DNA from: an uncultured Clostridium sp.
Lineage (GTDB): Bacteria > Bacillota > Clostridia > TANB77 > CAG-508
Reading direction: 5' to 3'
DNA: 64,000 nt
Assembly: GCA_947653235.1 (NCBI GenBank)
Contig: CANTGH010000001.1
Coordinates: 247,191-311,190, forward strand
Both the position numbers and the translations under genes were made by a program. The notes below the pieces were generated by a model that was not told the origin of the DNA, ran no database searches, and saw nothing but the letters and a program-made list of their open reading frames with translations. Positions 22,248 through 31,581 of the stretch are shown piece by piece. How positions within the stretch are numbered: position 1 is the stretch's first letter; every line of letters begins with the position of its first letter.

Positions 22248-22414
22248 ATTCTCACCACCTTTCTTTTTGTTATTGCCCATATCCTAACATATTTTAATGC
22301 CATTTGCAAGAAAAACTTATTTTTTTATTCGACATTTTTCGCCTTCTTTTTCCCTCTTGCTTTTTCCATTTATTTATAGTATAATATTTCAAAATTAAAG
22401 GAGGATATAAAAAA

Positions 22415-23629
22415 ATGAACAATGTTTTCGATGTTTTACAAGAACGTGGCTATATCGAACAATTAACTCATCCAGAACAAATCAAGGAACTTCTAAACCA
22501 AAAATCCATCCCATTTTACATAGGATTTGACCCAACCGCTGACAGTCTACATGTTGGTGGATTTATTCCACTTATGGTGGCTTCTCATTTGCAAAAAGCT
22601 GGTCATAAACCTATTATTTTAGTTGGTGGTGCCACCGCTATTATTGGTGATCCGTCTTTTAAAAATGATATGCGTAAAATGCTATCTAAAGAAGAAATTC
22701 AGCACAATGTGGAAGCAATCAAAAAACAAGTAGAGAAATTTGTTTCTTTTGAAGGTGAAAATGCAGCCATTATTGTCAATAATGCTGACTGGCTTTTAGA
22801 GCTAAATTATGTGGATTTTATGCGTGAAATCGGAACTTTATTTTCCGTCAACAAAATGCTAGCTGCTGAATGTTACAAACAAAGAATGGAAACTGGTCTT
22901 ACTTTTTTTGAAATGGGCTACATGTTAATGCAATCTTACGATTTTCTGCATTTATATAATACCTATGGTTGTAAATTAGAAATTGGCGGAAATGACCAAT
23001 GGTCCAACATTATTGGGGGTGTTGATTTAATTCGAAAAATTGGAAAAGACGATTCCTTTGGTTTAACCTTCAAACTTCTTACCACTAAAGAAGGCAAAAA
23101 AATGGGAAAAACCGAAAAGGGTGCATTATGGCTAGATGCCAGCAAAGTATCTCCTTACGAATTCTATCAATACTGGCGAAATGTCGATGACACAGATATC
23201 ATCAATGTTGCAAAACTTCTTACTTTTTTACCCATGGACGAAATCGAAAAAATGGCAAACTTAAAAGATGAACAAATCAATGTAGCTAAGAAAAAAATTG
23301 CATTTGAAATCACCAAACTCGTTCATGGTCAAGTTGAAGCCCAAAAAGCCGAAGAAGCTTCTAATGCATTGTTTAACGGTCAAGGCAACTTAGAAAGTAT
23401 GCCAACTACCAAACTAGACAATTTTCCAATCACCATCGCAGATGCTTTAGTTCAAACAGGAATTGCACCTTCTAAAGGACAAGCCAAAACTCTAGTCGCA
23501 CAAGGTGGTATTTCTCTAAATGACCAAAAAATCATAGATTGTACTTATCTTTTATCGGATAACGATTTTGAAAATGGGTATGCTATCTTAAAAAAAGGAA
23601 AAAAAGTTTATCATAAATTAGAAAAATAA
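22415..23629 (+). CDS. tyrS: Tyrosine--tRNA ligase
   Basis: 404 aa. It has a class I HIGH-like motif (DSLHVGG), KMGKT (KMSKS-type) and a C-terminal S4 domain. Confidence 0.95.
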   Translation: MNNVFDVLQERGYIEQLTHPEQIKELLNQKSIPFYIGFDPTADSLHVGGFIPLMVASHLQKAGHKPIILVGGATAIIGDPSFKNDMRKMLSKEEIQHNVEAIKKQVEKFVSFEGENAAIIVNNADWLLELNYVDFMREIGTLFSVNKMLAAECYKQRMETGLTFFEMGYMLMQSYDFLHLYNTYGCKLEIGGNDQWSNIIGGVDLIRKIGKDDSFGLTFKLLTTKEGKKMGKTEKGALWLDASKVSPYEFYQYWRNVDDTDIINVAKLLTFLPMDEIEKMANLKDEQINVAKKKIAFEITKLVHGQVEAQKAEEASNALFNGQGNLESMPTTKLDNFPITIADALVQTGIAPSKGQAKTLVAQGGISLNDQKIIDCTYLLSDNDFENGYAILKKGKKVYHKLEK

Positions 23630-23714
23630 TTGGTTTCTCATTTTTCTAGTTGACTAAATGACCAAAATAGTGTATGATTATTTATTATATACATTTTAAG
23701 GAGAAAATTTATTT

Positions 23715-26036
23715 ATGTTATGTTCAAATTGCAATAAAAACACAGCTGTCGTGTTCATTAATAAAACCGAAAATGGGCAAACTTCAACAGAAGGCTTATG
23801 TTATGGTTGTGCCAAAAAACGTGGCATTAATCCACTTGATGTAATCGTGAAAAATGCCAATTTAAGCCAAGATGAATTAGAAGATATGTCCAACCAATTC
23901 GAAGAAATTTTGCAAGATTTTTCTGGTAATTTAGATATTGAAAATATCACCCCAGAAGATTTCAACAATGAAAATAATCCTCTAAACGGATTTTTTGGTA
24001 TGTTCAAAACCAATTTAAATTCACAAGCCAAAAATGCAAATGAAAACTCAGATGCTACTTCTGATTCTTCTAGCAATTCTTCTAGTCCTAAAAAAGCAGT
24101 AAAAGTTAGCAAAAAACAAAAAAATAATAAAAAGAAATTTCTTGATACATTTGGTACCAATTTAACCGAAAAAGCCAAAAATGGCGGATTAGATGAAGTC
24201 ATTGGTAGAGAACGTGAAATTCAACGTATTACGCAAATTCTAAATCGTCGTTCTAAAAATAATCCTTGTTTGATTGGTGAACCTGGTGTTGGTAAAACTG
24301 CCATTGCACAAGGTTTAGCCATAAAAATTGCCAAACAGCAAGTCCCTGCAAAATTGTTAAATAAAGAAGTGTATTTAATTGATATTACAGCTATTATTGC
24401 AGGAACGCAATTTCGTGGTCAATTTGAAGCAAGAATGAAGTCTTTGATTGATGAATGTAAAACGTATGGAAATATTATTTTAGTCATTGATGAAGTGCAT
24501 AACATCATTGGTGCTGGTGACGCAGAACATTCCATGAATGCTGCCAACATTTTAAAACCTGCCCTTTCCAATGGCGAAATCCAATTAATCGGAACAACTA
24601 CTTTAAAAGAATATCGAAAATATATTGAAAAAGACACTGCTTTGGAAAGAAGATTTCAACCTGTCATGGTAGAAGAGCCTTCCGTTGAAGATTCTGTCGG
24701 TATTTTAAAAGGAATAAAAAAATATTATGAAGAATTTCACAAAGTTTTAATTTCAGATGATGTCATAGAAAAAACAGTCAAAATGTCTGAAAAATATATT
24801 CACGACCGCTTTTTGCCAGACAAAGCCATTGATTTAATTGATGAAGCTTGCTCGAAAATTAATTTAGGTAACAAAGATTTATACGAACTTGAAATTATCA
24901 AAAACGAACTTGCCAAGCTTGCTGAAGAAAAAGAAGAAGCCGTTTCTTCTGATTCTATCGAAGATTACCAAAAAGCAGCTGATTTAAAAACTAAAGAATG
25001 TTCTTTAACCGAACGAATGGAGCAAATTGAAAGTACCCTTCAACCTTCTGTTCTTTCTGTACAAGATATCGCCGAAGTGATTGAACGTTGGACCAAAATT
25101 CCAGTCACGAAAATAACTGAAGCAGAAACGCAAAAATTACTAAATTTAGAAGCCAATCTTCACCAACACATTATTGGTCAAAATACTGCTGTGGAAGCAG
25201 TTTCCAAAGCAATCCGTCGAAATCGAGCTGGACTTCAAAGTACCAAACGTCCTCCTTCTTTCATTTTCGTAGGACCAACTGGTGTTGGTAAAACCGAACT
25301 TGCCAAATCTTTAGCATATGAAATGTTTGGCTCTGAAGATGCGATTATTCGAATTGATATGTCTGAATATATGGAAAGTCACTCCACTTCTAAATTAATT
25401 GGCTCGCCTCCTGGTTATGTTGGTTACGACGATGCTGGGCAATTAACCGAAAAAGTAAAACGCAAACCATATTCCATTATTTTATTAGATGAAATTGAAA
25501 AGGCTCATCCAGATGTATTCAATGTCCTACTACAAGTTTTAGATGACGGAAAATTAACTGATTCCCAAGGAAATACAGTCAATTTTGAAAACACCATCAT
25601 CATCATGACATCTAACGCAGGTTCTAACCTAAATAATAACTCTATCGGATTTGGCAACAAATCCATTATGGATAATGACAAAATGGTCGCTGCACTCAAA
25701 GATTTATTCCGCCCGGAATTCTTAAACCGCGTCGATGAAATAGTAGCTTTTAATCCACTAACCGAGGAAGAATTATTACAAATCGTGGATTTACTATTAT
25801 CCAAAACCCAACTAGCACTAAATGCTAAAGACATCACATTAGACATTTCCTTAGCAGCCAAAAAATTCTTACTCGCTAAAGGAACCGACCTAAAATACGG
25901 TGCTCGCCCACTTCGCCGTTCCATCCAAAGATACATCGAAGACGAAATATCAGACATGATCCTAAAATCCGAAGTCATCGCAGGTCAGACCATCCACGTC
26001 GATTGCAAAAAAGATGAACTAAAATTCAAATTATAA
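23715..26036 (+). CDS. clpE: Clp/Hsp100 ATPase with N-terminal Cys4 zinc finger (ClpE-like)
   Basis: 773 aa. CSNC...CYGC at the N-terminus is followed by two AAA+ modules (GEPGVGKT and GPTGVGKT). Confidence 0.75.
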   Translation: MLCSNCNKNTAVVFINKTENGQTSTEGLCYGCAKKRGINPLDVIVKNANLSQDELEDMSNQFEEILQDFSGNLDIENITPEDFNNENNPLNGFFGMFKTNLNSQAKNANENSDATSDSSSNSSSPKKAVKVSKKQKNNKKKFLDTFGTNLTEKAKNGGLDEVIGREREIQRITQILNRRSKNNPCLIGEPGVGKTAIAQGLAIKIAKQQVPAKLLNKEVYLIDITAIIAGTQFRGQFEARMKSLIDECKTYGNIILVIDEVHNIIGAGDAEHSMNAANILKPALSNGEIQLIGTTTLKEYRKYIEKDTALERRFQPVMVEEPSVEDSVGILKGIKKYYEEFHKVLISDDVIEKTVKMSEKYIHDRFLPDKAIDLIDEACSKINLGNKDLYELEIIKNELAKLAEEKEEAVSSDSIEDYQKAADLKTKECSLTERMEQIESTLQPSVLSVQDIAEVIERWTKIPVTKITEAETQKLLNLEANLHQHIIGQNTAVEAVSKAIRRNRAGLQSTKRPPSFIFVGPTGVGKTELAKSLAYEMFGSEDAIIRIDMSEYMESHSTSKLIGSPPGYVGYDDAGQLTEKVKRKPYSIILLDEIEKAHPDVFNVLLQVLDDGKLTDSQGNTVNFENTIIIMTSNAGSNLNNNSIGFGNKSIMDNDKMVAALKDLFRPEFLNRVDEIVAFNPLTEEELLQIVDLLLSKTQLALNAKDITLDISLAAKKFLLAKGTDLKYGARPLRRSIQRYIEDEISDMILKSEVIAGQTIHVDCKKDELKFKL

Positions 26037-26117
26037 AAAAGACAAAGACGGAGCTCCTATGCTTCGTCTTCATTGATTTTCACAATATGAAATTTTCCCT
26101 AAAAAGTCGTAGCGTCC

Positions 26118-26687
26118 CTACTCAAAATCCTCCAAAACTGAACTTAATTTTCCCTCGCCATACACCATAATTCCTTCTTCTAATTTCCTTATATCTTCTT
26201 CTGGTAAATAATCTCTTGCTATATCTGTTTTTTGGTATTCATTTAATTCGCCCAGTGTTCCCATTTGAAAGACCTTTACGATGTCCTCTGCCAATTTTAT
26301 AACAAAATGTTGATTGCAATAACCATTAATTTCTTTTGAAAGCACTAATTCGTTTTCCGAAAACTTGTCTACTTCCCAATCCTTATAATAATCTTCTACT
26401 TCTTGCTCTGTTAAATTAATCAATTCTTTCGGAAGTTCTACTTCTTCATAATCAAAATGACTACATTCATCATAATATTTTTTTAGTGCAAAATTGGTAT
26501 TTGGCAATACTTTTTCCTCTTTAACCGCCGTTGTTACGGTACTTTCATTTTCATACATTTCTTCTACTTGATGTGCTGTTTGCGCTTCCTGCGCTCTATA
26601 GGTTGTATTCAATAATCCTACAATTCCCCAAATCACTCCTACAATTCCTATTATTAATATACTAATATATACATAATCTTTCCTCAT
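26118..26687 (-). CDS. Hypothetical membrane-anchored protein
   Basis: The ORF has a single TM helix (YISILIIGIVGVIWGIVGLL). The start is placed at the ATG after GAAAGGTGA. Confidence 0.5.
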   Translation of the reverse strand: MRKDYVYISILIIGIVGVIWGIVGLLNTTYRAQEAQTAHQVEEMYENESTVTTAVKEEKVLPNTNFALKKYYDECSHFDYEEVELPKELINLTEQEVEDYYKDWEVDKFSENELVLSKEINGYCNQHFVIKLAEDIVKVFQMGTLGELNEYQKTDIARDYLPEEDIRKLEEGIMVYGEGKLSSVLEDFE

Positions 26688-26774
26688 ACGCTTCACCTTT
26701 CGTAAATTAGTATGAACGATTTTGGAAAAATTATACAAAGATAGGAAATAAATATCCTATCTTTTTTCATAAAA

Positions 26775-27135
26775 ATGATGAGAGAAGAAACAATTGTTCC
26801 TCCCTCATTTTCTTTTTCAACACTTTATTGTCACCTTACGGTGACCGTGCGTTTGCTCGCATCATAAGTTGCTCCTTCCCTTGCAGTCATGCTCATCTGA
26901 CCCGCCACACTCGACAGCTACTTTACTTGGCATCTGCAGTTTCCAAAGTTTTTACTTTTTTGAAATCGGAACGGAGAATCCCGAGCATTAAATTTTCTTC
27001 TATTCATCGGCTACCTCCCGCACACTGCGCACCGGCTTAGACTGCCCAATTTTCTAAGAAATGATCTAATGTTACTGTCTTCATCGGACTATCTCTCATA
27101 CAATAGCCTCCTTTCAGAAAAATTTTTTAATTTCA
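26775..27135 (-). ncRNA. GC-rich transcription unit of about 350 nt with consensus promoter and terminator, a candidate structured RNA or small-peptide locus
   Basis: The promoter TTGACA-N-TATAAT lies at about 27150-27190 on the minus strand. There is no long ORF in any frame. A terminal hairpin GAGGGAGGAA...TTCTTCTCTC is followed by a T-run. G+C is high relative to the flanks. Confidence 0.4.
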
Positions 27136-27304
27136 ACCAAGAATATTCTTGATATAATTATATTTTAGCATATTTACATAATTTTGTCAATACTTTTTTA
27201 AAAATTTTTTCACTTTTTTCACTTAAAAAAAACGCCCACATACGAAGTCCTTTCTTCGCACCTAGGCGTTTTTTTTATATATTAAACTAAATATATACTA
27301 TATT

Positions 27305-27985
27305 CTATGAAACAACCTCTTCGGATGTTTCGTTTGTTTGTGAATCTTGTTCTTCTTTTTCCACAATTTCTAAACTTGCGACAGAAACCTCGTAAGCTAC
27401 TCTTTCTTCAACACTTCCATCTTCATGTTTTTTCTCATAAATTCTGCTTTGTACTCTACCAATTAAGCGTACTTCAGTTCCTACTTCCATGTTTTCACAA
27501 AATCTAGCGTTGCGTCCCCAAGCAATACATGGTATGTAATCGGATTTATTATAAGCACGATTAACCGCTAACAAAATATCCGCAATTTCCCTGCCAAATG
27601 GTGTTTGTCTGTAAATTGGCTTTTTGCAAATATAGCCTAATAGTTTTACTTCATTTGATACTTCTTCTTTGCTTTCTTCTGGATTGACTTGTATAATTTC
27701 TTTCGCAAAAACCGTAAGAATTAAGCGGTTTCTCTCGTTTTCATAATTGTTGTATGAACGAAATTGACCTTCTACTTTTAGGGTATTACCTAATTCTAAA
27801 TTAATTGTTGTTAGTAATCTTTCCGATACAGTAATTGGTATAATATCTACTGTTGAGCTTAATCTTACTACTTCTAAATTAAATAAATAAAATTTCTCTC
27901 CATAGATTTCATGGCTGTATCTTTTCTCACTCGCAACTTTTCCAACCAACACTAAGTGGTTGTTTTCTAAATAATTTGTATTCAA
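27305..27985 (-). CDS. OB-fold single-stranded DNA-binding-like protein
   Basis: 226 aa. Two OB-like halves (LVGKV... and LLGYICKKPIYRQTPFGREIADILLAVNR...IPCIAWGRNA) are followed by an acidic C-terminal tail. Confidence 0.5.
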   Translation of the reverse strand: MNTNYLENNHLVLVGKVASEKRYSHEIYGEKFYLFNLEVVRLSSTVDIIPITVSERLLTTINLELGNTLKVEGQFRSYNNYENERNRLILTVFAKEIIQVNPEESKEEVSNEVKLLGYICKKPIYRQTPFGREIADILLAVNRAYNKSDYIPCIAWGRNARFCENMEVGTEVRLIGRVQSRIYEKKHEDGSVEERVAYEVSVASLEIVEKEEQDSQTNETSEEVVS

Positions 27986-28062
27986 TTTAAATTCCTCCTT
28001 AAATTCATCTAGTGTATTTCATATATGCTAATTTTTCATCTTATTACTTCTATTATAACACA

Positions 28063-28170
28063 TTTTTTTTGGTTTGTCTACATAAAATTTCATTTTTTTG
28101 TAATTTTTTACATTTTTTTAATATTTTTTTGTGTTTTTTCTTTGATTTTTTTAGGTTTTTAGTGTTTTTT
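28063..28170. promoter_or_regulatory. Phased A/T-tract array (predicted curved DNA) upstream of the OB-fold gene promoter
   Basis: T5-T8 runs start at 28063, 28093, 28104, 28113, 28124, 28134, 28146, 28156 and 28165. From 28093 onward they are spaced 9-12 bp apart. A TAGACA-17-TATAAT promoter lies at 28052-28080 on the minus strand. Confidence 0.55.
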
Positions 28171-28204
28171 GTTATGTTCATTCATTATTTGTTCTTTTTT
28201 TATG

Positions 28205-29557
28205 TTAGTTTCTAACCAATTGTTTGAATAAATTCCCTCTTTCTTCAAAATTTTTGAAATATTCATAGCTGGAAGCTGCAGGTGATAACACACAAATCGT
28301 ATTTTTTTTCGTAACTTTTTTAGCAATTTTTACTGCTTGTTCTAAATTCTCTACTAAATATACTTTTTTACTTACTTGATTTTTTAAGGTATGATAAATT
28401 ATCTCTCCAGTTTTAGGAAGACAAATGATATGTTCTACCATTGAATTTTGAAGAAATTGAATCAACTCTTGCAAATCAACTCCTCTATCTTTCCCACCTA
28501 CAATTAATGTATTAACTTTTTCAAGTGCCTTTATCGTATAAATGGTTGATTGTGGTATGGTTGCTATAGAATCGTTATAATATTGGACTGAATCAATTTC
28601 ATCCACATATTCCATGCGATGCTGTAAGGTCTCAAAAGTTTCAATTGTTTTAAGGGCTATATCTAGTTCTAAATTCATTTTATCACATACAGCTAGAACA
28701 AACATGATGTTTTGAATGTTGTGTATTCCTTTTAATTTTAGTTTTGTATTTAAATTCATCATTTCTTTCTTGTTACAATATATGTGATTGTTTTGAATAT
28801 ATACGCAATTTTGAGTATCTGTACCCTCTTTTAATGTAATAGCATAATCTGTTGGCTTAAAGATATAGTTTTTCATATTTTGGTTATCATAGTTATAAAT
28901 TAGAATATCTGCTTGTTTTTGATACTTAGTAATGTTATATTTGGCATCTGCATATTGCTCAAATGAATTATAATGATCCAAATGTTCTTCATATAAATTG
29001 AGCCAAATTGCAATATTAGGCGATTGTTTTACATATTGTAAGCTATGAGAAGACAATTCTAGAACAACAATACTATTAGTTTTCAGATTTTCTATACTTT
29101 CCAATATAGGCTCTCCAATATTTCCTAGTAAAAAAGTATCTCTGCCTTGATCTTTTAACACTTGATACATCAAACTACTGGTCGTACTTTTGCCTTTGGT
29201 ACCAGTAATTCCAATCGTGAAACAGTCTACAAATTGTAAAAATAGTTGTAATTGATTGGTTACTTTTTCTTGAAAATTCGTTATGTCTTTATTTTTAAAA
29301 GATAGCCCTGGTGTTTTTAAGATAATATCATATTCTTCTAATCCATTTAAGTATTGCTCGCCCATATTTATTTCTAAGTCAATATCTTCTAAAAATTCTG
29401 GATACTTTTGTAATAAATTGGTTGCTTTATCAGCAATAAACAACTTTTTTTGGGGAAAATTTTTTCGTAAAAAGTCATAAGTTGACTTTCCTTCTATACC
29501 AACACCTAAAATTAAAATTTTTTTATCTTTTAAATATTGTAATAATTTTTTTAACAT
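28205..29557 (-). CDS. murD: UDP-N-acetylmuramoyl-L-alanine--glutamate ligase (MurD family)
   Basis: 450 aa. Contains GITGTKGKSTTSSL (P-loop), LELSSHSL and EHLDHY, which match the Mur ligase/MurD pattern. Confidence 0.8.
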   Translation of the reverse strand: MLKKLLQYLKDKKILILGVGIEGKSTYDFLRKNFPQKKLFIADKATNLLQKYPEFLEDIDLEINMGEQYLNGLEEYDIILKTPGLSFKNKDITNFQEKVTNQLQLFLQFVDCFTIGITGTKGKSTTSSLMYQVLKDQGRDTFLLGNIGEPILESIENLKTNSIVVLELSSHSLQYVKQSPNIAIWLNLYEEHLDHYNSFEQYADAKYNITKYQKQADILIYNYDNQNMKNYIFKPTDYAITLKEGTDTQNCVYIQNNHIYCNKKEMMNLNTKLKLKGIHNIQNIMFVLAVCDKMNLELDIALKTIETFETLQHRMEYVDEIDSVQYYNDSIATIPQSTIYTIKALEKVNTLIVGGKDRGVDLQELIQFLQNSMVEHIICLPKTGEIIYHTLKNQVSKKVYLVENLEQAVKIAKKVTKKNTICVLSPAASSYEYFKNFEERGNLFKQLVRN

Positions 29558-30900
29558 TCAAATAAACTCCTTTTCAAGATTTGCTCAAATTCTTCTGGTA
29601 AATTATTGTTTGGATTATATTCTTTTAACATATCCTCTTCTAATAGTTCAAAATGTTCTTGATAATAGTTTAACAAAAATGGTAATTGAAATTTGGTATT
29701 TTGAATGGTTTTTGAAATTGCAAATCGGATTTCTCGGTAAGTCCCAACACATTCAAATGGCTTGTTTTGACTATAGCCACAAAGTTCAATAAAGGTTTGT
29801 AACAATGATTCTTTTTCGAATAAATCTTCGCCGAAAATTGTAATCAACTTTTCACGATATAAAAATGGACTTAAAATAATAAATGCAAATAAACATTTCG
29901 GACAATCACAACACCATTTCCATTGTTTCTCTTTGCTTCCTACATTACAACTTTTAAAAACAGGATGATAGGCTTCTAACTTTGAAAATAATTTTGCAAT
30001 TTGTATTTCACTAATAGGACGAAGTATACTAAAATATTCTGGTCCATTGGGTGTTATATAGTTTGTTACATAATTTCTAAAATCATTTTCAAATTCTACT
30101 GTTTTGGAATATTGATGATTGATATTTTGCCCTTTAATGTTACTTTCATTCGCACTATCTTCATTAGATAATACAATATATTTTTTATCAAAAATAATGG
30201 CAACAAAATAAGTGATGAAAGCAACCAGTGCGGAAAAAGGCGTGTGACCATTTAAAAATCCCTGTTGATTTAGTTCAATTAAATTGGTATCGATTTTTCG
30301 TTCTACCTCGAATATCTCATCTTCTTTTAATTCTGCAATTTCAGCACATTTTCGTGAAACATCTTCTAGATTGATACGAAATCCAAATCGTTTTTGAGAA
30401 CTCTGTTTCAACAATTCCAAGGTAACATTCGAGTCTTTTCCACCACCAATAGGAATGATACAATCTTGTAAATTAGTTTGACATTCCTCTACTTCCCATC
30501 TCTTACCTTCTGAAAATATTTGAACAAAATCTTCCTGCGAAACTTGGATTTTGTTTTTATAACGAAATTCACCTAAACCAAAATAAATGAGCTTTTTAAA
30601 CCATTTTATTTGTTCTTCTTTTAGTTTTCCACATTTTATCCAAAAATATTGGCTACAGGTTGCTTTAAAATAACTAATTGCTTCTATAATTCCAATATGA
30701 AAAGCAACATTTTGAGCTATATTGCTATGCAAATGATTAATTTTAAAATTCTTTTTACGAATTTTTAAGATGGGATTAAATTGCTTTAATCCTTCAATTT
30801 CGAAACAATATTTTAAATAAATATTAGCTTCATCTTCTTCTATTTGATAGTCTTTATAAATAAATGATTTATATTTTTCTTTTAATTCTTCATATTTCAT
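29551..30900 (-). CDS. PP-loop-like (GGGKDS) protein translationally coupled to murD, possibly MurL-like
   Basis: 449 aa. It has an IPIGGGKDSNV ATP-pyrophosphatase-like motif and a C-terminal CCDCPKC cluster. It overlaps the murD start by 7 nt. Confidence 0.4.
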   Translation of the reverse strand: MKYEELKEKYKSFIYKDYQIEEDEANIYLKYCFEIEGLKQFNPILKIRKKNFKINHLHSNIAQNVAFHIGIIEAISYFKATCSQYFWIKCGKLKEEQIKWFKKLIYFGLGEFRYKNKIQVSQEDFVQIFSEGKRWEVEECQTNLQDCIIPIGGGKDSNVTLELLKQSSQKRFGFRINLEDVSRKCAEIAELKEDEIFEVERKIDTNLIELNQQGFLNGHTPFSALVAFITYFVAIIFDKKYIVLSNEDSANESNIKGQNINHQYSKTVEFENDFRNYVTNYITPNGPEYFSILRPISEIQIAKLFSKLEAYHPVFKSCNVGSKEKQWKWCCDCPKCLFAFIILSPFLYREKLITIFGEDLFEKESLLQTFIELCGYSQNKPFECVGTYREIRFAISKTIQNTKFQLPFLLNYYQEHFELLEEDMLKEYNPNNNLPEEFEQILKRSLFEC

Positions 30901-31030
30901 ATAATACTTTCTCCTTCTCTAAGGTATTCATAAATGTTTGATTATAATATCAAACATTCGTTCTTTTGTCAATCCCCTTTCTAAATTTTTATAAAAAACA
31001 CCTCTTTTTTTATTAAGAGGTGTTTTTATT

Positions 31031-31333
31031 TTAAGAAGCATGATCTTTATGACTGTATTTAAGTTTTGTTGCCATTCCTCCTCGAATATGCCTTTCTGCT
31101 TTGTTTTCGTCTAGTACTTTGCGAACTTCCATTGCTAAGGTGTAGTTTATGTTGAGCAACCTTTGACTTACATCCTTATGTACCGTACTTTTACTGATTC
31201 CAAATTTTTTAGCTGCTCCACGAACTGTATCTTTTGTATCGATAATATATTGAGCAACTTTTATTGCTCTTTCTTCTATTGATTTTTTACCAGCTCCTGG
31301 TAAATTTTGTGAAACTGAAACTATATTTTTCAT
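31031..31333 (-). CDS. spoIIID: Sporulation transcriptional regulator SpoIIID
   Basis: IEERAIKVAQYII...GISKSTVHKDV...NKAERHIRGG matches the SpoIIID HTH sequence. Confidence 0.9.
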   Translation of the reverse strand: MKNIVSVSQNLPGAGKKSIEERAIKVAQYIIDTKDTVRGAAKKFGISKSTVHKDVSQRLLNINYTLAMEVRKVLDENKAERHIRGGMATKLKYSHKDHAS

Positions 31334-31492
31334 AAAGAAAACCCCCAAACAAATACATTTGCTTAATTGTATTCGTTAAAGAGTTGTATTAGAACTCTTT
31401 TTTAACTCACATTTTTTCTAAAAAAAAAGACAAAAGAATCATTTTTAGAACCGCTTTGCCAACTCCCTCACAGGATAGTAAAATTCCAAATA

Positions 31493-31572
31493 AAACAAAA
31501 AAAGACCGCACTTAATAAACATTCGGTCTTTCTTATATTATACCATACTTTAAATCAATTTGTCAAGCTTTC
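31493..31572. repeat. Hairpin-plus-promoter repeat, copy R2
   Basis: AAAAAAGACCGCACTTAATAAACATTCGGTCTTTCTTA is a near copy of 1481-1520. On the minus strand it is preceded by TTGACA-18-TATAAT (31537-31566), starting 15 nt after the stop of the CorC-like gene. Confidence 0.6.
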
Positions 31573-31581
31573 TTCTGCCTT

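Noticed and set aside
22281-22414. T-box leader upstream of tyrS.
   Set aside because: The upstream region is only about 130 nt and extremely AT-rich. It contains a TTGCTT-18-TATAAT promoter but no specifier hairpin or T-box sequence.
26828-27040. 70-aa plus-strand ORF in the GC-rich region after the clpE-like gene.
   Set aside because: It has no RBS or promoter on that strand. The region has a consensus promoter and terminator on the minus strand, so the ORF is probably a by-product of GC-rich non-coding sequence.
26775-27135. Identification of this RNA candidate as SRP RNA, RNase P RNA, tmRNA, a T-box, or a cobalamin or FMN riboswitch.
   Set aside because: Only short local resemblances were seen (GGGAGGTAGC, GGGCAGTCT, AGTCCGATGAAGA). 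The defining motifs are absent: the GGAA tetraloop helix 8 of SRP, GAGGAAAGUCC of RNase P, the tRNA-like ends of tmRNA, the T-box sequence, and the B12 box. The region also does not fold as one long SRP-like hairpin.
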